From an uncultured Actinomycetes bacterium (lineage in GTDB: Bacteria; Actinomycetota; Thermoleophilia; RBG-16-64-13): 64,000 nt of DNA. The DNA lies in assembly GCA_963706025.1 (NCBI GenBank), contig CAVPLM010000003.1, positions 1 to 64,000 on the forward strand, given 5' to 3'. Under the pieces are notes generated by a model. It saw only the letters and a list, made by a program, of their open reading frames with translations, was not told the origin of the DNA and ran no database searches. Below are positions 60,528-64,000 of the stretch, piece by piece (within the stretch, counting starts at the first letter, position 1; every line of letters starts with the position of its first letter). A program made the translations under genes and the position numbers.

Positions 60528-61763
60528 ATGAGCGCGCCGCGCAAGCTGGGGATCAACGGGCTGGGACGGATCGGGAAGCTAACCCTGTGGTACCACCTGG
60601 GTCACGATGACTTCGACTGCTTCGTGATCAACGTGGGCCGCCAGGTGGGGACTTCGCTTCAGTCCGTCGTCGAGTACGTCAGCAAGGACAGCACTTACGG
60701 GCCGCTGCACCGTTATCTGTACGGTCATCAGGGCAAGAGGGACATCGAGGTGGTCGATGAGGCGGCAGGACTTGTCAGGGCGCACGGCAAGGAGATCATC
60801 CTCCTGCGAGAAGCCCGCAATCCCAAAGATATCCCCTGGCGTGACCACGGAGTGAGCCTGGTGGTGGAATGCACCGGCACATTCCGGGATCCCCACGCCG
60901 ACGCCGAGGACCCGAAAGGGGCGCTCCGGGGCCATCTGGCCGCCGGAGCGCGAACGGTCGTGCAGAGCTCCCCGTTCAAGAGCAAGACCAAGGGAGTGCC
61001 GCTGCCTGAAGACACCGCCATCCTGATCAACGGCATCAACCACTCCGAGTATGATCCGGGCAAGCACAAGATCGTCTCAGCCGCCTCCTGCACCACCACG
61101 GCTCTTGCTCACATGATGCGGCCTCTGCTGGCCCGGGACCTCACCCGGCATATGATCACCGCGGGGATGAGCACCGTCCACGCGGTCACCAACAGCCAGC
61201 CGGTGCTCGACGCGGTCCCGGGTTCGGGCGCTACCGACCTCCGCAAGACCCGCGCCGCCATGAACAACATCGTTCTGACGTCCACCAACGCCGCAAAGGC
61301 GCTCGAGCAGGTCATGCCCGAGGTAGCCCGCATCGGCTTCATGGCCGATTCGGTGCGCATCCCTACTGCCAGCGTGAGCCTGATCATCCTGAATGTCACC
61401 TTCCAGAGCGAGAGCCTGCCCGACGGGACGGTGACGGTGGACCGCGAAGCCATCAACGCCATCTACCGGGAAGCTTCCGAAGGCGAGGCCCGAGGTCTAC
61501 TCAAGTACAGCGAGGAGCAGAACGTCTCCGCGGACATGTTGGGTGAAGACGCGGCAGTGGTGATCGAAGCGGTGGAGACCCACACCCGCACCGGTTTCGT
61601 CGATCTAAGGATACCGGACTGCCAACCCGGGGGTGAGACCGCCTATCGCGATCACCGCATGCCGCTCACTCACGTGAAGGTCTTCGGCTGGTACGACAAC
61701 GAGATGGGCAGCTACACATATCGGCTGGGCGAGCTCACCAGCCACGTCGCGGGGAGTATGTAA
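60528..61763 (+). CDS. divergent glyceraldehyde-3-phosphate dehydrogenase family protein
   Basis: GINGLGRIG, VVECTG, SAASCTT, TVHA and WYDNE; 411 aa. Confidence 0.9.
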   Translation: MSAPRKLGINGLGRIGKLTLWYHLGHDDFDCFVINVGRQVGTSLQSVVEYVSKDSTYGPLHRYLYGHQGKRDIEVVDEAAGLVRAHGKEIILLREARNPKDIPWRDHGVSLVVECTGTFRDPHADAEDPKGALRGHLAAGARTVVQSSPFKSKTKGVPLPEDTAILINGINHSEYDPGKHKIVSAASCTTTALAHMMRPLLARDLTRHMITAGMSTVHAVTNSQPVLDAVPGSGATDLRKTRAAMNNIVLTSTNAAKALEQVMPEVARIGFMADSVRIPTASVSLIILNVTFQSESLPDGTVTVDREAINAIYREASEGEARGLLKYSEEQNVSADMLGEDAAVVIEAVETHTRTGFVDLRIPDCQPGGETAYRDHRMPLTHVKVFGWYDNEMGSYTYRLGELTSHVAGSM

Positions 61764-61792
61764 GGCAGTTCCCTCACGGTTATCCTTCGCGA

Positions 61793-62336
61793 CTACTCCC
61801 CCACGGTCAGGATCGTGGCTTCGATCCGGGGCCGGGCCCGCGGCCCGGCCCCGGACTCAGATCCCTGTGTTCGAAAGATCTCGAGCCGAGCCATGGTCCG
61901 GGGGCGGCCGAACCGCCGTGGCCCGGCCGAGCCGGGGTTGAGATACAGCACGTGGTCACGCTCCTCGACCGAGGCCAGATGGCTGTGTCCGAATATGACC
62001 GCCGCGAGGTCTCCGCCGGCCTTTGGCCCGCCTCCGCCTGGTTCGGTCCGCAGCCCCCGCGCAATGTGGCCGACCAGGATACGCGCACCCCCTATGGTCA
62101 CCTCGGCCCGCGCAGGGAGGCTTCCGGCCCAGGCAGAGCAGATCGCAGTTACCCCTCACCGCCGTGACCGGAGCCATCGCCTGCAGAGCAGCCAGCACCT
62201 GGGGAGAGCCCACATCACCCGCGTGGATGATATGGTCGACTCCCTGGAGCAGCTTTAGGACCTGGGGATACAGCTGCCCATGGGTGTCGGAAAGGACGCC
62301 CACCACGATCGAGCCCCTTGCCGTTGAATGGTCCAA
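61793..62336 (-). CDS. YfcE-like metallophosphoesterase; frameshift near 62130
   Basis: SDTH, HAGD and RGNCD in one frame; GHSH and NPGS in the next. Confidence 0.88.
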
Positions 62337-62389
62337 GCCTTGATTCCCCTCTGCGGTCGTTGGCGCGCAGGCTTTCAAAGGTCATCCTT

Positions 62390-63496
62390 CTAGAGGAGAT
62401 CCACGTACAGGTCCTCGGCCAGATCGTTCCCCGGTGGGAGGTGGCCCTGTTCGTGAGCATATCGGGCGAGCAACTCGCTCTCGCGCTGCGTGTAGAGGGG
62501 GTCGAGTTCCACTTTGAAGAAGGCGACCGTGACGCAGGCCGGCTCCGCTAACGCCTCAGCCAGACCCTGCCGCAGGTTCGCTACTCCTCCGATGCGGAGG
62601 ATCTGTCCTTCCGGGTCCATGAGTTGGAAGACGCCGGCCTCGCAGGGGACCGCCGTCATTATCGCAAGATCGACCGCCTGCCAAGCCTCGGGAGGTAGTA
62701 CGGGCGTACAAAGACCGCTCTTCGCGCGGCGATCGGCCAGCCAGCGCGCCCCGTCTTCCCCAGGCGCGGTGAGCGCACCCGCGGGGCAGACCATGACGCA
62801 GTGCCCGCAGAACGTGCAGCCCGAAACGCGCAGGGTGTCCCGCTTCGGACGCGCCACGAAGCCTGGCGGGGGATCCACCGACCGGGCGACCATCTCCAGC
62901 GCCCGACCGGCCTGCGGTGAAGTGTCGCACACCATCACGCACCGGCCGCAGCCGATGCACAATCCCGGTTCGCGCCGGATGCGCCCTTCCCGAACTGCAT
63001 CGCGCGGCACGGTAACCGAACCCCGAGCCAGGCTTCCTTCCGAGTCGAGATGGGCTACCATCTTGCCCAGTTCGCAGCGACCGAACTGGTCGCAACACCG
63101 TGCGTCCGCAGGATGGCCGTACGTGCACTGGTCCCGAGTGCAGCCGTCGCGGTCAGGGCAGGCAAGGCAGACGTGCGGATGCCGGGCCAGGATGCGCGCC
63201 AACCGCTCCAGCCGCGCCGCGGCCAGCCCCGGGTCTTGGGTGGTCACCTCCAGATCGGCGGCAGCCCTCGTGACGCAGGCGAGGGCCACGGACCCATCCT
63301 GAAGCCGCACAACACACAGCCCGCACTCGACTCCGCCCACCCCCGCCCGCGCGCAGCAAGCCAGGCCAGGATAGAAGCAGAGACGAGGAACATAGCGCCC
63401 GGCCGCGTCACAGGCTTCGAGGAGGGTCGTCCCGTCCGCGACGGTGACGGCCGCCCCGTCGACGCGCATCTGCATCTCTACGCTCGAGGCGTTCAC
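62390..63496 (-). CDS. BzdV-like iron-sulfur protein lacking the flavin/NADPH domain
   Basis: 2Fe-2S (PRLC..CGLC..AC), His/Cys cluster HPHVCLACP, CIGCGRC and CTFCGHC..CP, and a C-terminal GVFQL..YTQRESELL..PPGN domain. Confidence 0.75.
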   Translation of the reverse strand: MNASSVEMQMRVDGAAVTVADGTTLLEACDAAGRYVPRLCFYPGLACCARAGVGGVECGLCVVRLQDGSVALACVTRAAADLEVTTQDPGLAAARLERLARILARHPHVCLACPDRDGCTRDQCTYGHPADARCCDQFGRCELGKMVAHLDSEGSLARGSVTVPRDAVREGRIRREPGLCIGCGRCVMVCDTSPQAGRALEMVARSVDPPPGFVARPKRDTLRVSGCTFCGHCVMVCPAGALTAPGEDGARWLADRRAKSGLCTPVLPPEAWQAVDLAIMTAVPCEAGVFQLMDPEGQILRIGGVANLRQGLAEALAEPACVTVAFFKVELDPLYTQRESELLARYAHEQGHLPPGNDLAEDLYVDLL

Positions 63497-63519
63497 CAGC
63501 TGCTGCCAGGCTCCGGCCG

Positions 63520-63813
63520 CTACCAGCTGTGGCGCAGCGCCCCGGCCGGGCAGGCGTCGGTGCAGGGAAGCTTGTGCTCCGAACCGCCGCTGCCGTTCTG
63601 ACCCTTGCACATGGAGCAAACCTCGCGGAGACGCTTCCGAGTCTTCTCCACCACCACAGCCACCAGGTCGTCGTAGTCGTCCGGCTCGACCGCGTAGACG
63701 CTCTGAGGGCAGGCGGTGACACACGGGTGGTGGGCGCAACGGGCGCAGAGACCGCCGTCGATGGTGATGTAGTAGAAGCCGGAGCCGTCCTCATAACCGT
63801 AGTTGGCGATCAT
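63520..63813 (-). CDS. bzdM: BzdM-like ferredoxin
   Basis: MIANYGYEDGSG.YYITID start, CxxCxxxxCxxxCP, terminal ACP.GAL.HSW. Confidence 0.8.
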   Translation of the reverse strand: MIANYGYEDGSGFYYITIDGGLCARCAHHPCVTACPQSVYAVEPDDYDDLVAVVVEKTRKRLREVCSMCKGQNGSGGSEHKLPCTDACPAGALRHSW

Positions 63814-64000
63814 GCCGCGGCCGCCTTCTCCTTCTCCGCCTTCCTATGGAGAGAGTGAGCGAAGAGAGCCGCGCCCAGGGCGCCGGCGATCTGCGGGTCG
63901 AGCACCGAGTCCACCGGCAGCTTCACGGCCTCCACTCCGATCAGCCGCTCGATGCGCCGGGTCACCCCGATGTTCTTGCCGATGCCGCCCGTGATGAAGA
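63810..64000 (-). CDS. bzdQ: BzdQ-like ASKHA ATPase subunit of benzoyl-CoA reductase, C-terminal fragment (5'-partial)
   Basis: Manual translation FITGGIGKNIGVTRRIERLIG...DPQIAGALGAALFA; ATGA overlap with the bzdM-like gene. Confidence 0.75.
   Translation of the reverse strand, partial: FITGGIGKNIGVTRRIERLIGVEAVKLPVDSVLDPQIAGALGAALFAHSLHRKAEKEKAAAA

Noticed and set aside
1-64000. CRISPR array, rRNA or riboswitch
   Set aside because: No regularly spaced repeat-spacer series and no rRNA-like tract. No leader matched a riboswitch consensus well enough to call by eye.

Overview
High-GC bacterial chromosomal window. The gene styles (CutRS-like pair, IS982 variant, leaderless starts) combined with anaerobic enzymes suggest an anaerobic actinobacterium, possibly Thermoleophilia-like; this taxonomy is inference only. 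Bases 1-11.8 kb are accessory DNA: membrane proteins, tRNA-Ser 3' fragments, a truncated IS982, and a decayed integrative element ending in a tyrosine-integrase remnant next to tRNA-Arg(CCT). The remainder is mostly housekeeping and envelope genes: pcm, acyP, an htrA-like protease with a two-component system, uppP, bioY-birA with a BirA operator, a VanW protein, an ECF sigma factor, mscL, rlmKL, polX, nth and paaK. Four loci stand out. (1) A 1395-aa PPDK-derived dikinase that keeps the ATP-grasp and phospho-His modules, lacks the pyruvate-binding barrel, carries about 900 unassigned N-terminal residues, and is followed by a divergent 411-aa GAPDH. (2) A six-gene SPFH/DUF2207 operon with 12 CxxC motifs. 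(3) A tungsten-type AOR operon that continues into ubiX and a split-barrel flavoprotein. (4) The tail of a bzd-type benzoyl-CoA reductase operon whose BzdV-like protein has no flavin domain. About nine genes have apparent frameshifts, most likely uncorrected sequencing indels, so pseudogene-level conclusions are unsafe. All product calls come from motif recognition by eye; no database searches were run.
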